Assembly (NCBI RefSeq): GCF_964204645.1
Contig: NC_134032.1
Location: 10,342,275-10,406,274, forward strand
Direction of reading: 5' to 3'
Source of the DNA: Tubulanus polymorphus
Taxonomy: Eukaryota > Animalia > Nemertea
Length of the DNA: 64,000 nucleotides
This document shows, piece by piece, positions 49,098 through 61,600 of the stretch (the first letter of the stretch is position 1; each line of letters opens with the position of its first letter). The translations under genes were made by a program, and so were the position numbers. Under the pieces are notes generated by a model. It ran no database searches, was not told the origin of the DNA, and saw nothing but the letters and a program-made list of their open reading frames with translations.

Positions 49098-49355
49098 CTA
49101 ACGAACACCGTTTTGTTCCGCCGCCGCCAGTTTCACTTGTTTTCGCGGTCGCAGATTTTTCGCCGAAACGGTCGTCTGCCGCGCGGCGTCGCGGCTCGCG
49201 TCGCCGACGTGATTTTTGTCGGTGGTTTTCGTCGCCGATTTCGCGGGTGATTTCGTTTTCGCGGGTGACGCATTCGATTCGTCGCCGTGTTGCTGTTGCT
49301 GGAGGTAACTAGGTCGCGCCCATTTTTTAAACCAGCCGAAGAAGCTGTTGTCCTT
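49098..49355 (-). CDS. PTDSS1: PTDSS1 exon 12, basic low-complexity C-terminal tail to TAG
   Basis: Acceptor ttttccaacag|, phase 0, open for 85 codons then TAG; GC-rich coding-like composition. Confidence 0.8.
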   Translation of the reverse strand, partial: KDNSFFGWFKKWARPSYLQQQQHGDESNASPAKTKSPAKSATKTTDKNHVGDASRDAARQTTVSAKNLRPRKQVKLAAAEQNGVR

Positions 49356-49620
49356 CTGTTGGAAAACAGATAAAAAGCGTTTTTTAATGGGTCCTCCACA
49401 GGGTTGATTCAGGGAGGGGTGCACCCTCAAAAGTAGGGCATATCATAAAGGGCACCGACCATCGGAAATCATTGACTCATTTTGGAAATACAGAGGGCAG
49501 GCTTATGAATTTAAACTCTTTAGGTACCAGTTTAATATTTTTCATTTTCCCGGTTTTCTTTAAACAAAATTCCCGACTTTTCCCTTTCCAGTAAGTTGGC
49601 CACCCTGACAACGCACACAT

Positions 49621-49683
<63 letters not shown>

Positions 49684-52600
49684 CGCACAAGTTATTGCGG
49701 AAAATCCTTCCATGGGGCGTTGAACGATATCAGCAAGTCTAGTATATTGAAATGCAATAAACCCACCTCAAATATCTAGGGGGCGTTAAACAGCACCAAC
49801 AACCTCCATATACTTATAAATTCTATAACAAATCCACTTCAAACACCCCACCAGGGGTAGTAAATCCCAAAGCACCCTTTACAATTCACTTCTTAAACAA
49901 CACCTCTCCTGAAAATTGAATCTCAAACCGAATCACCAGAGACGTTATGGTTTTGAAAGTTATTAAAATAAACTATCTAGACCAAACACGACGACACCTC
50001 GGTTCATCTAGTAAAGCGCATGCATCGTAATACTTATAACCACGGCATAAAGTGATAAATGCTCATTTTTAATCATATATTCAGCCGAGTTATATGCATC
50101 GAGTTTAATTTGATGAAGTCACTGTCGGGTACTTACTGCGTTATTTCGGTTGAATACGTCAGAGCAGTTCTAATATATAGAACGAGAACAATCACGTTCA
50201 GAAGAATTTTTCAAACAGCCCTCCCCCAGGAAGATTCCCGGCAAGTTGCTCATAAGTCCGTTAAAGCCAACCAGAGCCCAGTTTCACAAAAAAGTTGAAC
50301 TCAAATTTTTGGGGTTATGCCATTGGTTACTTCATGTTTTCAAATGAGGACAACAATTCAAACTTAACTAAATAAATGAAGAAATCCCGCACTTAGAATT
50401 AGCCCAGTTTCACAAAAAAGTTGAACTCAAATTTTTGGTGTTATTGCCATTGGTTACTCCATGTTTTCAAATGAGGACAACAATTCAAACTTACCTAAAT
50501 AAATAATCATCAGGTGGATGGCTGTTAGTCAACAGCCGAAACGTTGTGGTTTCATAATAATAAATTTGATCGTATAATTTTAAATTCTAAGTGTGGGATT
50601 TCTTCATTTATCTACAGTATACACGGATTATTTTGTTACTTACCTGTTTTAGGGTTAAACTTTTTTTGCGAAACCGAGCCCCCCCCGGTACATAGTTGCC
50701 ATAGTGGCAATTGTTACTACGGTATTAATCCAGAAAGTTACCACGAACATTTGTGGAAATATCTTTTAGAGAAAGTAACCCGAGAATATTGGGCAATACG
50801 GTTAAACTTGCTTCAGTGGTTGCAGTTGGAACGATCATTATGTCGAAAACTTATCCAAACAATGACTTTACAAAATTGGATATACAAATTGAGACTAAAA
50901 TCAGGAATAATTAAAAGACTTCTGTAATGTGGCGACTTACACTGAGTAAATCGAACACGAAATACAAATTGGGACTCAAAAATAGAGACTTCAGAAATGT
51001 GACTTTAGTAAATCGAAATACTAATTGGGATTCTTCAGTAATCAGGGGCCAGTTGCTCAAAGGTTGGTTTGAGTTAACAAGTTGATAGTTGACATAGTGA
51101 CAATTAAAAGTTCATTGTTACTATGGTATCTATCCACTGGTTATCTTCAATCAACTTTTGAACAACTGACCCCTGGTGACTTATCCAAATGATGACTTAC
51201 ACTTAGTGAAGCGACCGAGAAATACAAATTGGGACTCAAAAATAGAGAAGACTTCAGTAATGTGACGACTTACACTTTGTAAAATATTGAACTAGAAATT
51301 GGGACTTTAAAATAGAGATGTGTGACAGCTTATCGCTCCAAACAACAACTTATCCTTTGTAAATTGAAAAGGGAATACGAATTGGGACTTGAAAATACAG
51401 TCAACCCCCGATATACTGCCCACATCGGTGCAGAAAGATTTTGGCAGTATAAAAGATGGTAGTATATCGGGGGGTGTTTTACTATGTATTTGTAAAGAGA
51501 TGTACATTGACATGGTTCCCACAGTTACATGAATTAAAAATTCCAAGTATTTCATGGGTGATTTTTCAATTTTCCCAAATGGAAATGAACACATATTGTC
51601 ATGCCACAGTCAACATTTTAGCGGTGACTTGTTGATAAAGGTGATTTTCAAGGGAAATCGCTGAAGAAAGTTGCCCTTGGCAAATGCAATATGTGAAATG
51701 TAATGAATTTCCCAAGTATTTCCCTGATTTGAGGAAAATTTTTCAAATTGCCAAATATTTCCAAACCGGGAATTATTATTTCAAAATTCCCAAGTTTTTC
51801 CCAATTTCCCTGTTCCGCGGGAACCATGCATCGAGAAAACGCTGGCGAGAGATTTCAGAGAGGGCATATGAAGAGGGACACGATCGGTTCAAGAATTACC
51901 AATTTCCGAACTTACCTCGCTATGCGAAATCGACGCCAGGTGGGCGCAGCCGTAGACGAACACGAAACTGAGGAACAGTTGAAACACGATCCACGCGACT
52001 AGATTCATGATCTCCGTCTGCAAGAACAACTCCTGCCCGAACTTACAGCAAATGATCGCTTCGGTGAACGTTATCGCGCTGAAATACATAATAATAATAA
52101 TTATGACAAATGTTATGAACTAGTTTAATCATACATTAACTTCAGGGGCCAGGTGCACAGTCTTGACTTAAGTCCAAAATTGGTCTTAAAACTTAAGACT
52201 GGTCTTAAGTTGTTAGATTGGCTATAGAACTAAGTTGGTCTTAGACTGGTCTTAAGTCTAAGCCATGACTATGCAACTGGCCCCAGAGGCTCATGTCATA
52301 AAATGACTGCACTGCTGACGACTTTTTTAACAGAGAGTCATGGGACTGGCTAATACATTGCCGCCATGTTGAATTACATCTATCATAAAGCATAACAACA
52401 AACATATAAAATACTAAACTTCAGACCGGGCAGGGTCCATACGGATCGGTCATTCCTGGATGTAAAGTGTTTTCAAGACGTTTCAAAGGAAAATATCGTA
52501 AATTTCAAGGCAGTGTCCGCATCACTTTCTTATCCTGATTACTGTAGACTCCTTCTAAATCGGGTTAGATACGGTTTATCTCGCTCGGTGGTTTTGTAAG

Positions 52601-55600
52601 CTTATTTCTATCTGTTACACACGTGGTGTAGTGACTACCTGAACTCGCTTTCTAATTTGGTAACAACCTAATCCGGGAAATAAAATCCCAGTACCCTTGT
52701 AGGCGTACTGTACAACTACAAGCTAGACAAAATGTCTAAAACAATCTCGAAATTGAAGGAGTTTAGGCATTTTGCTCAAATCAACGGAGTTTCAAGCACC
52801 TTTAAAAGCATTTTCTGCTTTGAAGGAGTTTTTAAGGATTCTAGGAGTCGTAGCAACCCTGCCCGGTTTACATTAATTAATGAACGGACTCTGACCCATC
52901 ATAGATGTGGGCTTTGATCTGCAGCTTGAGCGGGGCTCGGGTCTTGAGTAGGTATATTACTTACCAGAAAAGCCAACATTGCGTTCCAACTCGATTGCAT
53001 TGTGTATCGGTCACATAACTGTAATACTGCCTACAAGTCAGAGAAAACTAATTCTAGTTCCGGTTTCAATTTCAAAGTCTTTGTGACTGATTTTTAGAAG
53101 TCTGAAATATTAAGATCCAAGTCTTTGTCACTGGTGTTAACCTATATCAGTGTGTCTACACGCCAGTGCGGTGTATAAACCAGTGATGGACTTAGTACTG
53201 CTAGTACTGAGAGAACTGAGTATCGAAAACGTTAGTTATTAGTTCTTTGACTATTCAAATATTGTGAAACAATACACCGCACTGCAGTGTAGACGCACTA
53301 GTGGTACGCACTAATGTGATATTTTCCAAAATTAGCAAATTATTTTCTATGCTAGTTATTTCTTGTTAGTTATTAGTTCTTTATCTATTCAAATATTGTA
53401 AAACAATACACCGCACTGCAGTGTAGACGCACTAGTGGTATGCACTAACGTGATATTTTCCAAAATTTGCTAATTATTTTCCGGCACATTAGGATAGTAT
53501 TTAGTCAGTAGTGAAAGGGTTCAATGTTAGCGCCAGTAGTCTCTCTTACCGTATACTGGGAGCAGATACAGCACCGATCAGTAGGATACGACAGAACAAT
53601 ATGATATGACCGGTCGGCAGGTAGAATATCGCTTTCAAGAAGAAGAAATTCAACTCGCAAAGCTGTAAATAGATAGACACGTTAAATCATAGGAAATCGC
53701 ATAGATTCCGAATGAGGACCCCCGCTATCCCACCAGCCATCCCCAGTGGCAGATCCATAGGGAGGTTGGGGATTTGAACCCCTTTTCTCGCCAAGTGCCT
53801 TTTCAAAATTCCATGTGATATAGGCTTCTTGGTATCAGGAAAATTGTCCCCCGGACAATTGCCCCCCAAATCAAATCTTTTTAATCTTAAAGTACCACAG
53901 ATATTTACTTCAAATTAATCAGACAAAGTGAACTAATTCTAGCTAATTACTCTAGGACTGCTTTAAAGTTTTTGATTGGCTAAAGTAACACTAAAACTAA
54001 TTCCAATAAATCAGCCAAAGTTAACTAATGCACTAATAAGTGGATTTATTAAGTTTCCTTTAATTTAATAAAAGTGAATTATAATTACACAAGGACTGAT
54101 TTAAAGTTATTGATCTGCACACAACATCAGTAATTCTATATCTATATTCAATAATATACAAATGAATTTCTAAGTAAAGTATTTAGGTGGTGCTAATCTA
54201 AACCAAAAAGGATTTTATTCAGGGGGCAATTGTCCGGGGGCAATTGTCCTAGAATCAGGCTTCTTATCTGTCCCGATTTGGTTTTATGTGATTCCACATA
54301 GGGTTTTCATTTTTTCCTCCAGATCCCCCTGCAAGCACTTTGCGTCTGTGGCGCCCACAAAGAAAGCCCTTTTTTGTGAGGGGAAGATCCCTTTCATCTC
54401 CGCTAGATGACCTACGTATCAATAGGACAACACAATCAAATTAATAGTCCATTTTTAATTAACTTTCATCTAGATTTTAAGCCTCCCACAATTCCTTAAA
54501 TATAAGATAAATTGTGTCTCTCGATGAACTTAAATTGATCTAATGGGTTCGCAATTAAATCGCGAGATTTTCAGTTCTAGAATTTATAGAATCCGAGAAG
54601 AGGGAGGGATTACTAGATACCTGAAATACTATAATCAGTTTACAGACCGCGATGATTCTCATGTAACTACTGTTCGGGTCTAACCAGCGCATGTGAGTCC
54701 AACTAGAAAACGAAAACAACCGAGAATATTATTTACTCGTTTCCTCCCAGATTCCAAATCAGATTCATCGATCTGAGTGGTACGGCACATACCTGGCTGG
54801 CGTGAACTGCAAAACAGCACGTTTGATTTTACCGGGCGTCGAATGAATATCTCTGAAAAATAGACGGGAAAATGTTGCTTTTTCGAGAAACACCGGCGAA
54901 GCTATGGAGAGAGGTGAGCAAGACTGACAGAGAGAGAGAGGGAGGGGAGGGAGGGAGGGAGGGAGGGAGGGAGAGAGGCAGTGAAAGGGAAGGTAGACCG
55001 AGATAAGTGGAGATAAAGAGGATAGAAGATAATGGGCATGATTAAGAGAGATTGTGAACTGAAACGCATTGAAATGAAAGGAGAGAGGAAGAGATAGAGA
55101 AATGTATGGAGAGGGAGAAGGAAGACTGAGATAGAGGAAAAGATTAAGAGAGGTAGAAGTAGAAGAGAGGTTAAAGCGGCTAGGTTTATCTTAGTTACTT
55201 TTCAGGGCAACCGAGGAATTCTTTCTACTTTATGGCAAAAAGAGAATTTTAGGGGTGGGGGTGCACAGCCCTGTTGATCCGCCCCCGTTTAATTACTGCA
55301 TAGCTAGGGGTCATACGTACTTGATACTCTCCCAGTGCAGATTACGCAGCTCCATCTTGTGGCAGATGTACATACCAAACCAGATGCCGAGCCCGTTAAA
55401 TATGAGTACGTCCAGGATTAGTTGATCCCACCAACATTCGGCGAAATTCGGCAGTAGGTGCATAAACGCGAGCTACAATAAGAGAAACTGCTGGAAACTA
55501 CAGGGAATATAAGGGTGATTAGGGCTGAATGGATATTTCTGCGGCAAGTTTCCGGAAATTTTAGGAATTGGGGGTTGGTTGAAAGGTTGACAATATCATA

Positions 55601-58600
55601 GGGCTTCGTATCACGACAGCTTTTCACGAATTACAGGGATCAAGATACACACAGTAGAACCAGCTTAATTCGGATCATTTGGGACGGACCAACAAAATTC
55701 ATCCGGTTTACAGAAGAACAACTTCTTGCAAGGTGACATTTTCTTGTATATTCATGAACAAATGGACCGCAAATAATGTCTGGATTAGACCAAATTCCGG
55801 ATCAAGCCGATCCAGATTAAAAGTGGGTTTGACTGAATTTGAGTCAATCTTTCTTTATACCTCAAGTACTGCCCAGGTTCACATACATGTATTTGTTTTA
55901 TTTTACATCTCTTCCTAGTATTTCTAGGCGTTGAGTGCCAAAGAGTTTTTGCATGGGCAATGGCTAGTTGTTGTAGTAGGGATCGGGGGTGAGCACGTAT
56001 AATTACATTACCTCGGTGACCTCCCACGTAATACTGATAGTCCAGCAGATGCCGTAGTGACGAATCAAAATCGCTTTCAACGCCCAGCCGAAAAAATGCG
56101 CGACGATGAAAATATCCAAACACGGCCAGACGTTTTCGAACGTCAACGCGCATTGACCCGCATGACCCTGGAAAATGGATAGAAAATGGATAGATAACAA
56201 GAAAAGAATATTTTCAACATTTCGATAAAAAGATGAATGAATTTTCATATGAAACCAGGTAGATGGTGGATTCTCACTTGCAACAAGGGAAATCCTCTAT
56301 TGCAACGGTGTAGTTGATATCCTACTGCACACTAGCATACCTGGTGGATCCTCACTTGCCAAAACAGGAATCCTCAGGCCTATGACAACAGTAGTTGATA
56401 ATCCTACTGCACACTAGCACACCTGGTGGATCCTCACTTGCCGCAAGTGAAAGCCAGCTTGCCTCGTGTCAACTGTCGGAGTCTACATTAGGTTGCTTAG
56501 TTTCAAGAACCTTCCAGCAAAAATGCCCAGGCATAAACCGGTTATAGTGATTCGATTTTTTTTTCCTGATTACCTCGAATTCTTTCGGCCCGTGAACGAG
56601 TTCAGGAAACAACCAGTGTAACATCGCGAATACATCACTTTTATGTTGAAACAAAATGAAAACCAGCAACAAGAAATACAACACGCTTAAACCTGAAATG
56701 AAAATATATCCAGACTATTCATACTATGTATCATATTCTTATCACATATCTTTGTATAAATCTATTCTGCAAAATAAACTATAACTTTAACCAAGTACCC
56801 CCCAGGACCTAGTAGGCTAATATAGAAACTTTATTGTAGATAATAGGCAGGGGCATAGCCAGGATTTTTAATGTCGCAGGTGCAAAATTGTAATATAGAT
56901 TTAAACACAGCGAAAAATAATTCATCAATTTATATGCAATTAATTTAGACTCGAATTGAATTAAATTAAAAGACTGAGAATTGAATTAAAGGTGTTTTAA
57001 AATTGACAACTTGCCCAGAAAAGTGTAGGCCTAGAGGCTAGTCAAGCCTAAGATACTGGCCAAGCATTCCGGTACTATGTGACAGCCTAGGACCTTTTTT
57101 CATATCAGTAACTACATGGCTAACCTAAGATTTCATTCATAGAGCAACTAGGCAAACCTAGGGACGGGACCTGTGGCAGTAATTTCTAAAGAAACCGTAG
57201 GCCACCAACCCTAATAAAACCTGGATTTGATGCGTACCGAATACAACTAGCGTGTTTTTGAATGGCCATGAAAGTGGACTGAACCGAAACAAGAAATATA
57301 CAAGGATTGTACCATTATCTGCGTTTATTGTTATCTAACTGACCAGCTGCCATTTGAGACATTGATTCAAAATGAGACATCGAGCTTGACTGTGGATCGG
57401 TACCTGAACGAGTTACTAATCAGCTTAAGTAGAGAGGATCGATTTTAAAAGAATTTTTTTTCAACCGATTTGATTCAATAATCGTCATGTCTCTAACAAC
57501 AGCTGGCCATTTATCAATAAACTTACACATTAAAAAATTAATGCGTACGTTTGTTCCATTAACAATGGGACAATCATTATTTCTCGTTGTTTTTTGTTTG
57601 ATTTCATTTTCACTGCCATTCAAATAAACGCTTAGCGCTCAGCCTTGCATGAATTATGATCGCATTTCAACATTCCATCCTCGAGCAAACATCCAGGTCT
57701 ACCAACACTACCCCCGGAAAAAATTATTATAGAATTATAGGTGATAAATAATCCATCATAAAGTTTTGCTTAGGTAACCCATTTTCAGAAACTAGGATGG
57801 CCGAGGACCTTTTTCATACCAGTAGCTGTTTGGCTAACCTAAGACCTTGAACTTATATTTATTGTGCCGTTTATAACATTTATACATAGGATAAGACATG
57901 CAATAAATTTACAGGACAAAACATAAAAGAATGTCATTTAATATAGAGTACATATTACATGTAGCATAAAAACAAAAGCTGGACTGAAGACCGCATTCAT
58001 ACAAGCAAACCTAGGGTAGTAGGCCTAATTACTATATCGAGCCATATGCCATCAATCCTACTATTAAAACCTAAGGTGGCTGATTTAATACGTAGTACTA
58101 AAACCTTTCACCAAGAACCTTAGTGTCTGATGTACCACAGACACTAAGACACGAACGACATTTTCTCGATACTTTTAGATCACTGCAGCTTTAAACCACC
58201 AGAAATCCAGTTTCACCAAATCGATTGTGAAAAATAAACTATCATTACAAACCTCACATATTCAGTTTTCTTATTATTATGTTCAGTCGGAGGTTCCTTC
58301 ATCATACTCCGTGCTTGATGCGATATAAATACAGAAATAGCAAAAATGACACCATTTTTTTCACTTTGAAACTAGGCATTGTAACACTGTAGTTCGTTAG
58401 CAACAAGACGCTTGAGCGATGCGTGTCTCATCGCTAAACAGTGCATCATTTTTGTATCTTAAATTTAATCGTACTAAAATCAGATTTATCGTCAAAATGA
58501 TATAATGAACGAACACAAAACTTCATAAGGTTAGTGTAGATAGTTTATTTATCAAAATCGGTTGTTTATTTGCTGAGATATCGCAGTTTGAACACAGGCA

Positions 58601-61600
58601 AAAATGCTGACAGTAGTTGTGTCGGCAAAAGTCACGCGACTTTGAATGAACGTGTCTGGGTGGGTGGTTACACAGGATCGTAGAGCAACGTAGATACACT
58701 GTGGAGACCGGTCATCCTTATTACCGAGATGATGTATTTTACCGAGATGAACCGAGATCAACCGAGATGAAATTAAATATAACATATTTATTTATTCCAT
58801 ATCGATTTTAACCATTGAAATCATATCATATCAGTAATAAATGCCTGCTGGGTTCATATTTTACATATTTTGTCGGATATTTTTGGAAAAATAACTTTTA
58901 ACTTTACCGAGATGAGATCGTTGATCAATCAAATTCAATGAAATTTTATTGCTAACCGAGTTTACGTTTTTGAAGTCAAAATTTTTTTAAATAAAAAAAT
59001 ATGTAAAATATGACTCTAGGAGGTATTTATTATTGATATAACATGATTTCAAGTGTTAAAATCGATAAGGAATAAATAAATATGTTATATTTAATTTCAT
59101 CTCGGTTGATCTCGGTTCATCTTGGTAAAATACATCATCTCGGTAATAAGGATGACCCGTGGAGACAGCCACACTGCCAGGACTGGGTGAATAAAACCTA
59201 AGATGGATTTGATACGTACCGAATACGATTCTCCATAAAGCAGGATGAGGTCGCGTGAATGGTCCTGAAAAACGGAATAAAACATACAGTAAGCTCTTTC
59301 TTTCCAGTTTGTAATACAATTTGACGCGAATATAAAAGAAAAAATCACCGTTTGGAAATGCTAAGACGCTGATGATCAAGAAGAAGAACGTCAGACAACA
59401 CAAACCGCTGAGATAGTTCGATTCCTTCGATGCGGCGTCATCTCTGAGGAGGGTAAAAAGTAGAATTATAAACACACCTCTGGGGTCGGGACCCACACAG
59501 ACACATGGCGACTACTTATTAAATCCAGCCTAAAAAAATCCATCCCATTCCCTACTGTAGTGGTACTAACTACCGACCGGTCCTCCTTACCGAGTCCGAG
59601 ATGACGCAATTTACCGAGATGAACCGAGATGAAATGAAAATAATATGTCAAAGTCGAAACTTGGTGAAGCGCACAGCCAGTCTTAAGTTTTAATGAATAA
59701 ATAGAGGCGAGTGCCCTTTCGGCAACTTATATAGAATTCTACATTGTAAAAAAATAGGTTTTGCGGGGGCACCTGTGTTCGACGAGGTCCGTGGCCAAAG
59801 AAAATCACCCAAAATGTCGAAGATCTATTCGAGCGAAGATTCGCCGTGATCAAATACATGTATAGAAAAGGAATTCATTTTTGCGAAAAAAACATGCTTT
59901 GGGAGTGTTGATTACAAATTGAAAGCCTTGTTTGTTTTACGACAATAAATCTTCCTGTATCGTCAGATATGTTCTACGAACGGCTTTAACAGTTTTATAT
60001 GTTTTACACAAGAAATTTGAAGATTAAAAAAGAAAAAAATCATTTTTTGCGAAAAACAACGTGGGAGTTTGGGAATGTTGATTACGTATTGAGAGCCTAT
60101 GGTTTTATCGATTATACGAAAATAAATTTTTCTGTAGTTTAAAAATGTCAGATTTCTACATTAAATCTCATGGCTTCAATAGTTTTATATGTTTTACACT
60201 AAAGATTTGTTCCTAAGTATTACAACGGGTTGCATGGGTACGGAATTAATGGAACAACGGTATTTTGAATACGGTACGGATTATAGCGAATTTTACTTGA
60301 AACGGAAAAGGGGAATAACGTTTGAAAAACGGGAGTAAAAAACACATAAAGATACGATATGTTAAAAAACGCACGGCATTTTACTCCCAGGGATTGGCAA
60401 AATTCTGAGTTAATTATTCAGTACTTGTGTGGAGCGGGACGGTCAATTTGTAGCACGCGGACCGCGCGCGCGTTATTCTCCGGGACTCGACCCTTAGTGA
60501 TGCTGTGAAACCGGCGCTCTTGTTATTCTAAAAAAATTCGACCCGTTGCTAAGGGACTGTGCTTTTTGTGGGATTTGAATCCAGTCTTCCAATCGGTTTC
60601 TACGGAGAAATACGAACTAAAAATGACATTTCTTTGACAATATTTCGTGAATATTCTTTGTAAATATTCTGAAAATTACACAAAATCGTTTTGTTATCCT
60701 TCATTCACGTATTTAAACTACCCGCACGACGCGGCCCGCAAGTTTCGACGAAAGTCCGTCCATGACCGTCATTTTCGTCGCCGCGATTTAGCCAATGCCC
60801 ATGTGTCCCGGATGTAAACTACACTTTTTGAGAAGGACGGTATTAGCGGAGCTGGCATCAGACCACAATTAGGTTAGTAGCTCGAAGATGCGTAGGGCCG
60901 GACCCCAAAAATAGTACCTAGAGTGAAGAAGAGGTCCCCTATAAATGTTGCCATAATTTCTGCAAATGGGATAGGTAACGAATTTCGGTTATATGTATGA
61001 AATCCATTGATCCTGAGAGACAGCTTGATGATGAAATAAGGGATTCCCTGGACTTTTTTTGCTTGGAGTAAGGGTACCAAACACGGTGGGGGATTCCCTT
61101 AGATATTTGGCTCGGATGTACTGGCATACCTGTACTGGGATACCCCTCCTTTCTAAAGGTTTGATTATTTCAAAAGTTAGGTTGGGTATGTGGGGCGAAA
61201 ACCACTTCAATGCGTAGCTAAGATGCTGGCCTATGAGCCATAAGCAGGATTTCCCCTGAATTTACGCGCTTATATATGAACTAAACTCTCGAATTTCTTG
61301 TTTTTACTATAGGATATAGAAGATTTTGGAATAGTGGTCTGAGCTGAGCTCAGATGGTTTTCACCCCACATACCCAACCTAACTTTTGAAATAATCAAAC
61401 CTTTAGAAAGGAGGGGTATCCCAGTACAGGTATGCCAGTACATCCGAGCCAAATATCTAAGGGAATCCCCCACCGTGTTTGGTACCCTTACTCCAAGCAA
61501 AAAAAGTCCAGGGAATCCCTTATTTCATCATCAAGCTGTCTCTCAGGATCAATGGATTTCATACATATAACCGAAATTCGTTACCTATCCCATTTGCAGA

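Noticed and set aside
55785-56153. 122 aa ORF overlapping PTDSS1 exon 5 in another frame
   Set aside because: Shadow frame of a real exon running into the intron; no independent support.
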